NCBI GenBank assembly: GCA_951406725.2
Contig: OX597818.1
Span: 112,344,001 to 112,408,000, forward strand
Length of the DNA stretch: 64,000 nucleotides
Direction of reading: 5' to 3'
DNA from: Octopus vulgaris
Lineage: Eukaryota
Below the pieces are notes generated by a model. The model had not been told where the DNA came from and made no database searches. It saw nothing but the letters and a program-made list of their open reading frames with translations. The position numbers were made by a program, and so were the translations under genes. Shown piece after piece: positions 27,029-39,480 of the stretch. Positions within the stretch are counted from its first letter, which is position 1. Each line of letters starts with the position of its first letter.

Positions 27029-30000
27029 TTTACGAAAAATTTTGCCAAAAATTTTCCCCAAAAATTTTACGAAAATTTTACCCAAAGGTTTTTCGAAAAT
27101 TTTCCCCAAAAATTTTTCCTAAATTTTCACCGAAAATTTTACCCAAAAATTTTTCGAAGTTTTTGGCGAAAATTTTCCCCAAGAATTTTTCGAAATTTTT
27201 CATTGAAAATTTTACCAAAAAATTTTTGGAAAATTTTCACCAAAAATTTTTTCCAAAAATTTTTCGAAAATGTTCACCGAAAACATTTCCCAAAATTTTT
27301 CGAAAATTTTCAACGAAAATTTTCTCGAAAAACTTTACGAAAATATTTGCCGAAAATTTTCCCCAAAAATTTTACGAAAATTTTACCAAAAATTTTTTGG
27401 AAAATTTTCCCCAAAAATTTTTCCTAAATTTTCACCGAAAATTTTACCCAAAAATTTTTCGAAGTTTTTGGCGAAAATTTTCCCCAAGAATTTTTCGAAA
27501 TTTTTCATTGAAAATTTTACCGAAAAATTTTTGGAAAATTTTCACCAAAAATTTTTTCCAAAAATTTTTCGAAAATGTTCACCGAAAACATTTCCCAAAA
27601 TTTTTCGAAAATTTTCAACGAAAATTTTCTCGAAAAACTTTACGAAAATATTTGCCGAAAATTTTCCCCAAAAATTTTACGAAAATTTTCGTCGAAAATT
27701 TTACCAAAAATTTTTTGGAAAATTTTCACCAAAAATTTTTTCCAAAAATTTTTCGAAAATGTTCACCCAAAAACATTTCCCAAAATTTTTCGAAAATTTA
27801 CCCCAAATATTTTTCAAAAATTTTTACCGAAAATTTTCCCAAAAAATTTTTCACCGAATTTGACATCCCTGGCCTTCCATACTTTTTGATTTTAGCACCG
27901 CTGGCCTTCCATACTGTTTGATGTTGGCACCGCTGGCCTTCCATACTTTATGATTTTGACATCGCTGGCCTTCTATACTTCAAGATTTTGGCAGCGCTGC
28001 CCTTCCATACTTTGTGATTTTGGCATCGCTGGCTTTGTGATTTGTCGAAAATTTTTCCCAAAGATTTTTCCAAAATTTTCACCGAAAGTTGTACCCAAAA
28101 ATTATTCGATTATTTTTCCCAAAAATTTTACGAAAGTTTTCACGGAAAATTTTCCCCAAAGGTTTTTCGAAAATTTTACCCAAAAATTTTTCGAAAATTT
28201 CCCCAAAAATTTTTACCGAAATATTTTTCGAAAATTTGCACAGAAAATTTTCTCCAAAAATATTTCGAAAATTTATGTTATGGCTAAAAATAAACCTTTT
28301 GTTGGCTGCTGCTGCTGCTTTCTGTGTATATATAGAATGAATTCTGGTTTACTACTACAGTCAAGATGCCTCACCATCCACGATACACTAGTTTCTGCTT
28401 TACACTTAACAACTATGACGATGTCGACGTTTATAGACCTCAGAATTCGTTATATGGTTTTTCGAAAATGATCAGCGGAAATTTCACCGAAAATTTTTCG
28501 AAAATTTTCACAGAAAATTTTCCTCAAAAATTTTTGGAAAATTAAAAAAATTTTTCGAATATTTTTGCCGAAAATTTTCCCCAAGCTAAAATTAGATTTA
28601 TGTTAAGGCTAAAAATAGACTTTTAGTTGGCTGCTGCTGCTGCTTTCTGTGTATATATAGAGTGAATTGTGGTTTACTACTACAGTCAAGATGCCTCACC
28701 ATCCACGATACACCAGATTCTGCTTTCACACTTAACAACTATGACGATGTCGACTTTTATGCATATGGAGCATATTTGTTGTATGGTTTATCCCAAAATA
28801 GATTTTTATGTGGCTGTTGCTGCTGCTTTCTGTGTATATATAGAGTGAATTCTGGTTTACTACTACAGGCAAGGTGCCTCACCATCCACGATACACCAGA
28901 TTCTGCTTTACACTTAACAACTATGACGATGTCGACGTTTATAGACCTCAGCATATGGTGCATATTCGTTATATGGTTTTTCGAAAATGTTCACCGGATA
29001 TTTTACCCAAAAATTTTTGGAAAATTTTCTATGAAAATTTTCCATAAAAATTTTTGTAAAATTAATAATATTTTTCGAATATTTTTGCCGAAAATTGTCC
29101 CCGAGCTAAAATTAGATTTATGTTATGGCTAAAAATAGACATTCTTTTGGCTGCTGCTGCTGCTGCTTTCTGTGTATATATAGAGTGAATTCTGGTTTAC
29201 TACTGCAGTCAAGATGCCTCACCATACACGATACACTAGATTCTGCTTTACACTTAACAACTATGAAGATGTCGACGTTTATAGACCTCAGCATATGGTG
29301 CATATTAGTTATATGGTTTTTTGAAAATGTTCACCGGAAATTTTACCCAAATATTTTTCGAAAATTTTCACGGAAAATTTTCCTCAAACACTTTTGGAAA
29401 ATTAAAAAAAATTTTCGAATATTTTTGCCGAAAATTTTCCCCGACCTAAAATTAGATTTATGTTATATGTAAAAATAGACTTTTAGTTGGCTGCTGATGC
29501 TGCTTTCTGTGTATGTATAGAGTGAATTCTGGTTTACTACTTCAGTCAAGATGCCTCACCATCCACGATACACCAGATTCTACTTCACACTTAACAACCA
29601 TGACGATGTCGACGTTTATAGACCTCAGCATATGGAGCATATTCGATCTATGGTTTTTTGAAAAATTTCACCGAAAATTTTCTCGTAAAAATTTTTCGAA
29701 AATTTTCCCCAAAAATTTTTCACCGCTATTGGCACCGCTGTCCTTCCATACTTTTTGATTTTGGCACCGCTGGCCTTCCATCCTTTGTGATTTTGGCACC
29801 ACTGGCTTTCTATATTTGTAATTTTGGGACCACTGGCCTTCTGATTTTTCGGAAATTTTCCCCAAAAATTTTGCCAAAAATTTCACCGAAAATTTTACCT
29901 AAAAAGATTTCGAAAATTTTTACCGAAAATTTTTCCCAAACGTTTTTCGAAAATTTTCACCAAAAATTTTTCGAAAATTTTCACCAAAAATTTTTCGAAA

Positions 30001-33000
30001 ATTTCCCCAAGAATTTTGCCAAAATTTTCACCGAAAATTTTCCCCAAATATTTTCGAAAATTTTCACCAAAAATTTTTCGAAAATTTTCCCCAAGAATTT
30101 TGCCAAAATTTTCACAGAAAATTTTACCCAAAAATTTTTCTGAAATTTTAATCGAAAATTTTCCCCAAAAATCTTTATAAAATTTTCACCCAAAATTTAT
30201 TCCAGAAAAATTTTCGCCAAAAATATTCCCGAAAAATTTTTACAAAAATTTACACTGAAATTTTACGAAAAACTTTTTACAAAAATTTACACTGAAATTT
30301 TACGAAAAAATTTTTCGATAATTTTCACCAAAAATTTTCCCCAAAGATCTTCGAAAATTTTCACCGAAAATTTTCCCGAAAAATTTTTACAAAAATTTAC
30401 ACTGAAATTTTACGAAAAAATTTTTCGATAATTTTCACCGAAAATTTTCCCCAAAGATCTTCGAAAATTTTCACCGAAAATTTTGCACAAATTTTTCGAA
30501 CATTTTCACCGAAAATTTTCCCGAAAAATTTATGAAATATTTGGTAAAATTTTCAGTCAAAAATTTCAAAAAATTTTTGCCAAAAATTTTCACCAAAAAT
30601 TTTACGGAAATTTTCGTCGAAAATTTTAAACAAAGGCCTTTCGAAAGTTTCCCCCAAAATTTTTCCTAAATTTTCACCGAAAATTTTACCCAAAAATTTT
30701 TCGAAATTTTTGACGAAAATTTTCCCCAAAAATTTTTCGAAATTTTTCACTGAAAATTATACCAGAAAATTTTTCGAAAATTTTCACCAAAATATTTCTC
30801 CAAAAATTTTTGGAAAGTTTTCACCAAAAACATTCCCCAAAATTTTTCGAAAATTTTTCGCAAAAATTCTCCGAAATTAAAAATATTTTTCGAATAATTT
30901 TGCCGAAAATTTTCCCCGAGCTAAAATTAGATTTATGTTATGACTACAAATAGACATTCTGTTGGCTGCTGCTGCTGCTTTCTGTGTATATATAGAGTGA
31001 ATTCTGGTTTACTACTACAGTCAAGATGCCTCACCATCCACGATACACCAGATTCTGCTTTACACTTAGCAACAATGACGATGTCGACGTTTATAGACCT
31101 CAGCATATGAATTCTTGTTTGCTCCTGCAGTCAAGATGCCTCACCATCAACGATACACCAGATTCTACTTTACACTTAACAACTATGATGATGTGGACGT
31201 ATATGCATATGGAGCAAATTCATTTTATGGTTTACCCAAAAATAGATTTTTATGTGGCTGCTGCTGCATATATAGAGTGAATTCTGGTTTACTACTGCAG
31301 TCAAGATGCCTCACCATCCACGATACACCAGATTCTGCTTCACACTTAACAACTATGACGATGTCGACGTTTATAGACCTCAACATATGGAGCATATTCG
31401 TTCTATGGTTTTTTGAAAATTTTCACCGAAAATTTTCTCGTAAAATTTTTTCGAAAATTTTCTCCAAAAATTTTTCACCGATATTGGCACCGCTGTCCTT
31501 CCATACTTTATGATTTTGTCACCGCTGGCCTTCCATACTTTTTGATTTTGGCACCACTGACTTTCCATATTTGTAATTTTGGCACCACTGGTCTTGTGAT
31601 TTTTCGGAAATTTTCCCCAAAAATTTTTCCAAAAATTTCCCCGAAAATTTTACCCAAAAAGTTTTCGAAAATTTTTACCGAAAATTTTCCCCGAAGGTTT
31701 TTCGAAAGTTCTCACCAAAAATTTTTCGAAGATTTTCCCCAAATATTTTGCGAAAATTTTCACCGAAAATTTAACCCAAAACTTTTCTAAAATTTTGACC
31801 GAAAAATTTTCAACCGAAGATTTTTGGCGAAAATTTTCAGTGAAAAATTTCGAAAAATTTTTGCCGAAAATTTTCCCGAAAAATTTTTACAAAAATTTAC
31901 ACTGAAAGTTTACGAAAAAATATTTCGATTATTTTCACCGAAAACTTTACCCAAAGATCTTCGAAAATTTTCACCGAAAATTTTGCACAAAAATTTTTCG
32001 AACATTTTCACCGAAAATTTTCCCCAAAAATTTATGAACTATTTGGTAAAATTTTCAAAAATTTTACGGAAATTTTCGTCGAAAATTTTAAGCAAAGGCC
32101 TTTCGAAAGTTTCCCCCAAAAATTTTTCCTAAATTTTCACCGAAAATTTTACCCAAAAATATTTCGAAATTTTTGACGAAAATTTTCCCCAAAAATTTTT
32201 CGAAATTTTTCACTGAAAATTTAACCAAAACATTTTTCGAAAATTTTCACCCAATCATTTCTCAAAAAATTTTTGGAAAGTTTTCACCAAAAATATTCCC
32301 TAAAATTTTTCGAAAATTTTCCACAAAAGTTTTTCGAGAATTAAAAATATTTTTCGAAAATTTTCACCGAGCTAAAATTAGTTTTATGTTATGGCTATAA
32401 ATAAACTTTCAGTTGGCTGCTGCTGCTGCTGCTTTCTGTGTATATATAGAGTGAATTCTGGTTTACTACTACAGTCAAGATGCCTCACCATCCACGATAC
32501 ACTAGATTCTGCTTTACACTTAACAACTATGAAGATGTCGACGTTTATAGACCTAAGCATATGGTGCATATTCGTTATATGGTTTTTCGAAAATGTTCAC
32601 CGGAAATTTTACCCAAAAGTTTTTCGAAAATTTTCACAGAAAATTTTCCTCAAACATTTTTGGGAAATTAAAAAGATTTTTGGAATATTTTTGCCGAAAA
32701 TTTTCCCCGAGCTAAAATTAGATTTATGTTATGGCTAAAAATAGACTTTTAGTTGGCTGCTGCTGCTGCTTTCTGTGTATATATAGAGTGAATTGTGGTT
32801 TACTACTATAGTCAAGATGCCTCATCATCCACGATACACCAGATTCTGCTTTACATTTAACAGCTATGACGATGTGGACGTTTATGCATATGGAGCATAT
32901 TCGTTTTATGGTTTACCCAAAAATAGATTTTTATGTGGCTGCTGCTGCTGCTTTCTGTGTATATATAGAGTGAATTCTGGTTTACTACTACAGTCAAGAT

Positions 33001-34573
33001 GCCTCACCATACACGATACACCAGATTCTGATTTACACTTACCAACTATGACGATGTCGACGTTTATAGACCTCAGCATATGGAGCATATTCGTTCTATG
33101 GTTTTTTGAAAATTTTCCCCAAAAATTTTTCACCGATATTGGCACCGCTGTCCTTCCATACTTTGTGATTTTGGCACTGCTGGCCTTTCATACTTTGTGA
33201 TTTTGGCACCGCTGGCCTTCCATATTTGTAATTTTGGCACCACTGGCCTTGTGACTTTTCGAAAATTTCCCCAAAAATTTTTCTAAAAATTTCACCGAAA
33301 ATTTTACCCAAAAAGTTCTCGAAAATTTTTACCGAAAATTTTCCCCAAAGGTTTTTCGAAAATATTCACCAAAAATTTTTCGAAAATTTCCCCAAGAATT
33401 TTGCCAAAATTTTCACCGAATATTTTACCCAAAAAGTTTTCGAAAATTTTTACCGAAAATTTTCCCTAAATCTTTTTGGAAAATTTCACCAAAAAGTTTC
33501 CGAAAATTTTCCCCAAGAATTTTGCCAAAATTTTCACCGAAAATTTTACCCAAAAATTTTTCTGAAAATATTTGGGGAAAATTTTCAGTGAAAATTTTCC
33601 AAAAATTCTGGGGAATGTTTTTGGTGAAAACTTTCGAAAAATTTTTGGAGAAAATTTTTGTTGAAAATTTTCCAAAAATTCTTTGGTAAAATTTTCAGTC
33701 AAAAATTTCGAAATTTTTGCCAAAAATTTTCGCCAAAAATTTTACGAAAATTTTCGTCGAAAATTTATTCAAAGGTTTTTCGAAAGTTTCCCCCAAAAAT
33801 TTTTCCTAAATTTTCACCAATTTTCACCCAAAAATTTTTCGAAATTTTTGCCGAAAATTTTCCCCAAAAATATTTCGAAATTTTTCACTGAAAATTTTAC
33901 CAAAAAATTTTTCGAAAATTTTCACCAAAAATTTTCTCCAAAAATTTTTCGAAAGTTTTCACCAAAAACATTCCCCAAAATTATTCGAAAATTGTCAAGG
34001 AAAATTTTCCCCAAATATTTTTCAAAAATTTACATCGAAAATTGTCCCCAAAAATTTTTCACCGAGTTTGGCACCGAAAATTTTCTCCAAAGGTTTTTCG
34101 AAAATTTTACACAAAAATTTTTTGAAAATTTTTCCCAAAAATTTTGCCAAAATTTTCACTGAAAATTTGCCCCAAAAATTTTTCGGAAATTTTCACGGAA
34201 ATTTTCCCCGAAAATTTTCCAAAAATTTTCACAAAAAATTTTACCCAAAAATCTTTCAAATATTCTCACCAAATATTTTTTGAAAATTTTCACTGAAAAA
34301 ATTTTTTTGAAAAATTTTTCGATAATTTTCACCGAAAACTTTCCCGTAAAATTTTTCGAAAATTTTCCCCAAAATTTTTTCAGCGAATTTGGCACCCCTG
34401 GCCTTCCATACTTTTTGATTTTAGCACCGCTGGCCTTCCATACTTTTTGATGTTGGCACCGCTGGCCTTCCATACTTTATGATTTTGGCACCGCTGCCCA
34501 TCCATACTTCAAGATTTTGGCACCGCTGGCTTTGTGATTTGTCGAAAATTTTTCCCGTAAATTTTTCCAAACA
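27029..34573 (+). repeat. Composite tandem array: phased A4T4-tract DNA, 31-32-bp repeats and 11 Rep-like cassettes
   Basis: gaaaattttc-type units with a 305-bp period at 27044/27349/27654. 32-mer blocks at about 27861, 29731, 31486, 33141 and 34391. Cassette starts at 28366, 28691, 28874 (GTG), 29214, 29551, 31026, 31136, 31306, 32480, 32817 and 32999. Confidence 0.95.
32480..32593 (+). pseudogene. rep: CRESS-DNA/circovirus-like Rep N-terminal fragment (representative of 11 copies)
   Basis: MPHHPRYTRFCFTLNNYEDVDVYRPKHMVHIRYMVFRK has an MP start, RCR motif I FTLNN in an R(W/F)CFTLNNY context, and a YxVF segment at Rep-like spacing. Motifs II/III and the helicase are absent. Confidence 0.6.
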
Positions 34574-34944
34574 CGAAATTTGTGGGGAGGGGGCAGTCGA
34601 TTAGATCGACCCCAGTACGCAACTGGTGCTTAATTTATCGACCCCGAAAGGATGAAAGACAAAGTCAACCTCGGTGGAATTTGAACTCAGGACATAGCGA
34701 CGGGCGAAATACCTATTTATTTACTACCCACAAGGGGCTAACCACAGAGAGGACAAACAAGGGCAGACAAACGGATTAAGCCGATTATATCGACCCCAGT
34801 GCGTAACTGCTACTTAATTTATCGACCCCGAAAGGATGAAAGGCAAAGTCGAACTCGGCAGAATTTGAACTCAGAACGTAGCGGCAGACGAAATACCGCT
34901 AAGCACTTCGGCCGGCGTGCTAACGATTCTGCCAGCCCGGCGCC
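34574..34944 (-). mobile_element. SINE family 1, internally duplicated, with its tail split by the array
   Basis: Homology to 10231-10470. The tail terminus ttttctactct lies at 27018-27028. Confidence 0.85.
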
Positions 34945-35214
34945 ATTTCGAGATAGTATGATATATATGAATGAGTTAAATAAAAATACAGATTATGCTT
35001 CCTATTTGAAATCGGAAAAAATTGTGTTGGTGAGGTGAACTATCTTACGTTTTAGTGATATATTATTAATTAGTAAGAGAGAAAGGAGTGGAAGGGAAAT
35101 CAGGTAATTGTCGGTTTAGCTGGTTTTGAAAAAGAGAAGTCGAGAAAGAAAAGGGATGAAAAGTAAAGCCAAGGCGAGAAAAGCGGGAAGAGGAGGAAGA
35201 CAAAGGTGAATGCA

Positions 35215-35657
35215 TAATGATGATGATGATGATGACAATGAAGAAGAAGGAAAAGAAGAAAAGGATAATAATAATAATAATAATAATAAGAAGAAGAAGA
35301 AGAAAAAGAAAAAGAAGAAGAAGAAGTAGAAAAGAAGAAGAAAAGAAGAAGAAAGAAGAAGGAAACGAAGAAGAAATAGTAGTAAAAGAAGAAGAAGAAA
35401 AAGAAGAAATAGTAGAAGAAGTTGAAGAAGAAAAAGTAGAAGAAGAAGAAACAGAAGAAGAAGAAACAGAAGAAGAAGAAAAGAAGAAGAAGAAGAAGAA
35501 GAAGAAGAAGAAGAAGAAGAAGAAGAAGAAGAAGAAGAAGAAGAAGCAGAAGAAGAAGGTGAAGAAGAAAATGTAGAAGAAGAAGAAAGAGAAGAAGAAG
35601 AAGCAGAAGCAGAAGAAGAAGAAGCAGAAGCAGAAGAAGAAGATGCAGCAGCAGCGT

Positions 35658-35691
<34 letters not shown>

Positions 35692-35745
35692 AGAAGAAGA
35701 AGAAGAAGAAGAAGAAGAAGAAGAAGAAGAAGAAGAAGAAGAAGC
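35215..35745. repeat. Compound (GAT)/(AAT)/(GAA)/(CAG)n tract
   Basis: Direct inspection. Confidence 0.95.
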
Positions 35746-36315
35746 ATGTATTGGAAAATGGAAATGTGTGTAGTTGTGAAGCAGATGCTAGAGCATATTT
35801 TAATTGAGAGTTAGGAGTGAAATTTGTGAAGAATGAAGATGTGGCATGCGTCATGTGTTGTGTGGATTTCATATATTTTGTGCATTAAATGTTTGTCGGT
35901 TCGCCGCTATAAGTTTAACTTGTAGTTATCTTCGGTGGATATTATATTCTTTTTTATACAATGGAATTTTTTTCTCTTGTAGCATAATCATTTTCTGAAT
36001 TTGATGTTCACACTTTGGAACAATTGTAAAATCATTTCTAGCATTTTTGTTGTCTGACGTACAGTAGAACAGGGTAAAAATTATTGCTGCTACAGGTGTA
36101 CCATGAAGGACATCCTATACCAAATTATTTCTTAAGTTTTTTACGCTTTGCTCGAGTTCTAGGGCTATTTTCAGAGATGTAAGCCGGTGTGGTAGTTTCA
36201 TACATATATTTAACTTAACTCGAATCCTATATTTTATGTGATTTATTGTAATATAGAGAAAATTTATCAAATGAATTATAGGAAAATCAATATATTCCTC
36301 GAAGAACGCTTTTAG

Positions 36316-36972
36316 AATTTGTTGATTTTTTTCTGGGTGGTTAGACGTCTTATAGATATAATTTTCTATTTCGTTATGTTTTTTGAGGGGAGTAGAAAAT
36401 GAAACGTTTAATCTAAGGATAAGATCTTGCTAGTTAAGTTCACGGAAAAGAAAATTTCATTTTCTTACTAAATCCATTGAAAGAATTATACCTGTAAGCA
36501 ATCAACTATTTATGGTTTATTTTTGTAATAAAATTTGTTCATCTCTTTATACTACAAGTAGTGAGGTACACATATCACATTAAGAAATTATCATTTTGCA
36601 ACAAGATCAATTTTGTAGTATCCTTACATCATCTGCTTGAATTTTCGAATTTGTTGATTTCTTTCTGGGTGGTTAGATGACTTATGGATATAATTTTCTA
36701 TTTCGGTAGGTTCTTTTGAGGAAAGTAGAGAATGAAACGTTTAATCTAAGAACAACATCTTGCTAGTTAAGTTCCCGGAAAAGAAAAATTCATGTTCTTA
36801 CTAAATCCATTGAAAGGATTATACCTGTAAGCAATCAACTATTTATGGTTTATTTTCGTAATAAAATATGTTCATCTCTTTATACAAGTAGTGAGGTACA
36901 TATATCACATTAAGAAATTATCATTTTCCAACAAGATCAATTTTGTAAGATCTTTACATCATCTGCTTGAAT
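36316..36972 (+). repeat. Tandem duplication of about 332 bp of non-repetitive-looking DNA
   Basis: Both units run gaatttgttgatt...catcatctgcttgaa (starts about 36316 and 36648). Confidence 0.9.
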
Positions 36973-37034
36973 AACAATATTAAATATCCAAAGGGAGTGC
37001 TAGAAGCGTCTAACATCGACATCGCCGTTTTAGG

Positions 37035-37430
37035 TGGTTTTGTTGCATATAGCAATGACCGGTTTCCGATGGCTGGACAGATTATATGACTGAATCATTG
37101 CATCCCTCAGGATTTTGTAATCTTCATTCTCGGTGACTCCTTCTGGGGTTTTCTCATACTACGTCTTTTCTTTTTGTAGGCTGTGATTTCCACAGAGGTT
37201 ACAATCGATCATTCTTGAAACATTGTCATGCCGTCTTTTGTATTCGCCTTGTGCAAATTTTGGGTATTCGCTAACGATATACTATAACGATTTCACTCCG
37301 TTCACCACATATTCTGCCTTTGTCACTGTCCGCAGGTTTGTCTATTCTGTACGTCACATAGTTGGTTTTAACGCTTGTTCTCGAGCTGTGCATGTGAGTG
37401 CTCCTGTCTCTATCTTCAGACTACTCTTCC
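37035..37430 (-). mobile_element. R4/Dong non-LTR element, zinc-knuckle/endonuclease region, decayed
   Basis: LKIETGAL..A.EQAL, RIDK..DSDK.RICGE.SE, YKRRHDNV, YEKTPEGV.ENEDYKIL.D, HRKP. Confidence 0.85.
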
Positions 37431-38689
37431 TCGGGCTTTCTGAATCGTTATCACGCAAAACAAAACGCTTACATATTCCGTCTCTTCGTTCTGAGATCAA
37501 ATGTCGCTGCGACCAACGTTGCTTTATATCCCTTCGGATCCAATGAATACCAGTTAGTAGGTAATTGCGTACCAGTATATTTCATTTTGACACTGTAAAT
37601 TATTCATCAAGATAGCGAAAAAGATAATTTTCATAACATTTCCTATTGTGTTTCTTGTAGCGCAATTTCTTCACGACCTGTCAAAAAGTTTCACCTTCGA
37701 ATTGCTTATTAGTTCCACAGCAATTGTTATTACAGGTACCAAAACTATTATTCGGCAAAGTTGAGACCGGTAGTGGTTCGGATTTTTTTTTTTATTTCAG
37801 GACATATGATAAATCTGTACCGAAAATATAAAAATAACAACGATAAATAAAGAACAAAACTGTATAACATATACAAATTAATACATTTATAAAGCAGAGT
37901 GTTTGTTTGATCGCTAATACGCCACTTAAAATTCTTAAAACTCTTGAATATTTTCTTTCGGGTTTCAACAAGCAAGCTGCCTTGTGCTGGCATTTTAGAC
38001 ATGGTAATGAATTAAAATTATAATGAATAAAGACAAATAACTACTTAAATGTGAGAAGAGTGCGTCCACACAGCAGCAGTCACACAGCAAATGGTATCGT
38101 GTGACGTAAACGCCTCGGAAGCCAAAACAAAACGGCCGCGCGCTGGGCTACTACAGCCTGCGAAATTCAAAGGTAGCCAGTTTCAAAAATAGTAGAATTT
38201 CTTGTAATTCCAGATTTCCAGATTCCGGATCAGAGGTTTGTTACCTGTAATCATTAAAAAAAGAAATGAATAATGCAGTCCTATTCTGATTGTAGACTCT
38301 TTAAGATTCAATTCTAACCTTGCTTAAATTTAATTTTATAAAATTAAACAAAAACACAAATGGTGCTTAAAATTGTTTTATGGACATCGTTGCATTCTTC
38401 CATACCTCTTTGAAGTCATCCCTTTTAGGAATCATGTAAAAAGTCCCAAGGTTATACTTTGAGCAAGAGAAAATCTAATAAGTGCTACAAACGATGTAAA
38501 GGTTTTTTTGTTTGTTTAGGAATTGGAAATAATCGAATTTGCTGAATTTAAAGTTGATTTAAATGGCCGAATGAAATACAAATGGAAAATCTAAAAGAGA
38601 CAGAAAATGGAAATTAGAAATAATTTGTAATCTTATGTTTTTGTTTGTAAAAGAAAAGGCCTTAGAGTCCATTTTTTTCTTTACCTGCT

Positions 38690-39073
38690 TCATCATCGTC
38701 ATCGTAGTCGTCATCGTCATCGTCATCATCATCATCACCACCTCCAACACCACCACTAACATCAGCATCATCATCACCCCCCCACTACCATCATCAACAT
38801 CATTATCCTCACTACCACCACCACCACCACCACCACCACCACCACCACCACCACCACCACCACCACCACCACCACCACCACCACCAACATAACCATGACC
38901 ACAACCACAACCACCACTACCACCACCAATACCATCACCACCACCACCACCAACATAACCATGACCACAACCACTACCACCACCACTACCACCATCACCA
39001 CAACCACCACCACTACCACCACCACCACCAACATAACCACGACCACAGCCACCACCACCATCACTACCCCACC

Positions 39074-39105
<32 letters not shown>

Positions 39106-39480
39106 AGCGGCCTACATAATGAGCCACGATAATGATCTTCCTCAGCATCATAAGCATCATCATCATAATCGTGAACATCATCACCATCTACTTCAGCCTA
39201 TACTATTTCTTCCAATCACTTCCTCATATACATGATTCTTATAATTATTCTCACCGCCCACGTTTTATTCTTCGTTCACCTCCGAAATATCATCACTATC
39301 ACCATAACCACTTCACTATTTGAAATCTTCTTCTTCTTCTTCTTCTTCTTCTTCTTCTTCTTCTTCTTCTTCTTCTTCTTCTTCTTCTTCTTCTCTCCCT
39401 TCCTTCTCCTTCCCCTTCTCCTCCTCCTCCCCTACTTCTTCTTCTTCTTCTTCAAAAAAAAAAAAAAAAAAAAAAAAAAA
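38690..39480. repeat. Compound (CAT)/(CAC)/(CTT)n tracts and poly(A)
   Basis: Direct inspection. Confidence 0.95.

Noticed and set aside
26927-34473. Long F/K/N/E-rich ORFs (up to 252 aa) across the array
   Set aside because: A4T4 repeats rarely form stop codons, and overlapping ORFs occur in several frames and on both strands. Only the cassette frame with FTLNN is informative.
27861-34540. CRISPR-like appearance of the 32-bp repeats
   Set aside because: The units are directly tandem with no unique spacers, there are no cas genes, and the context is eukaryotic.
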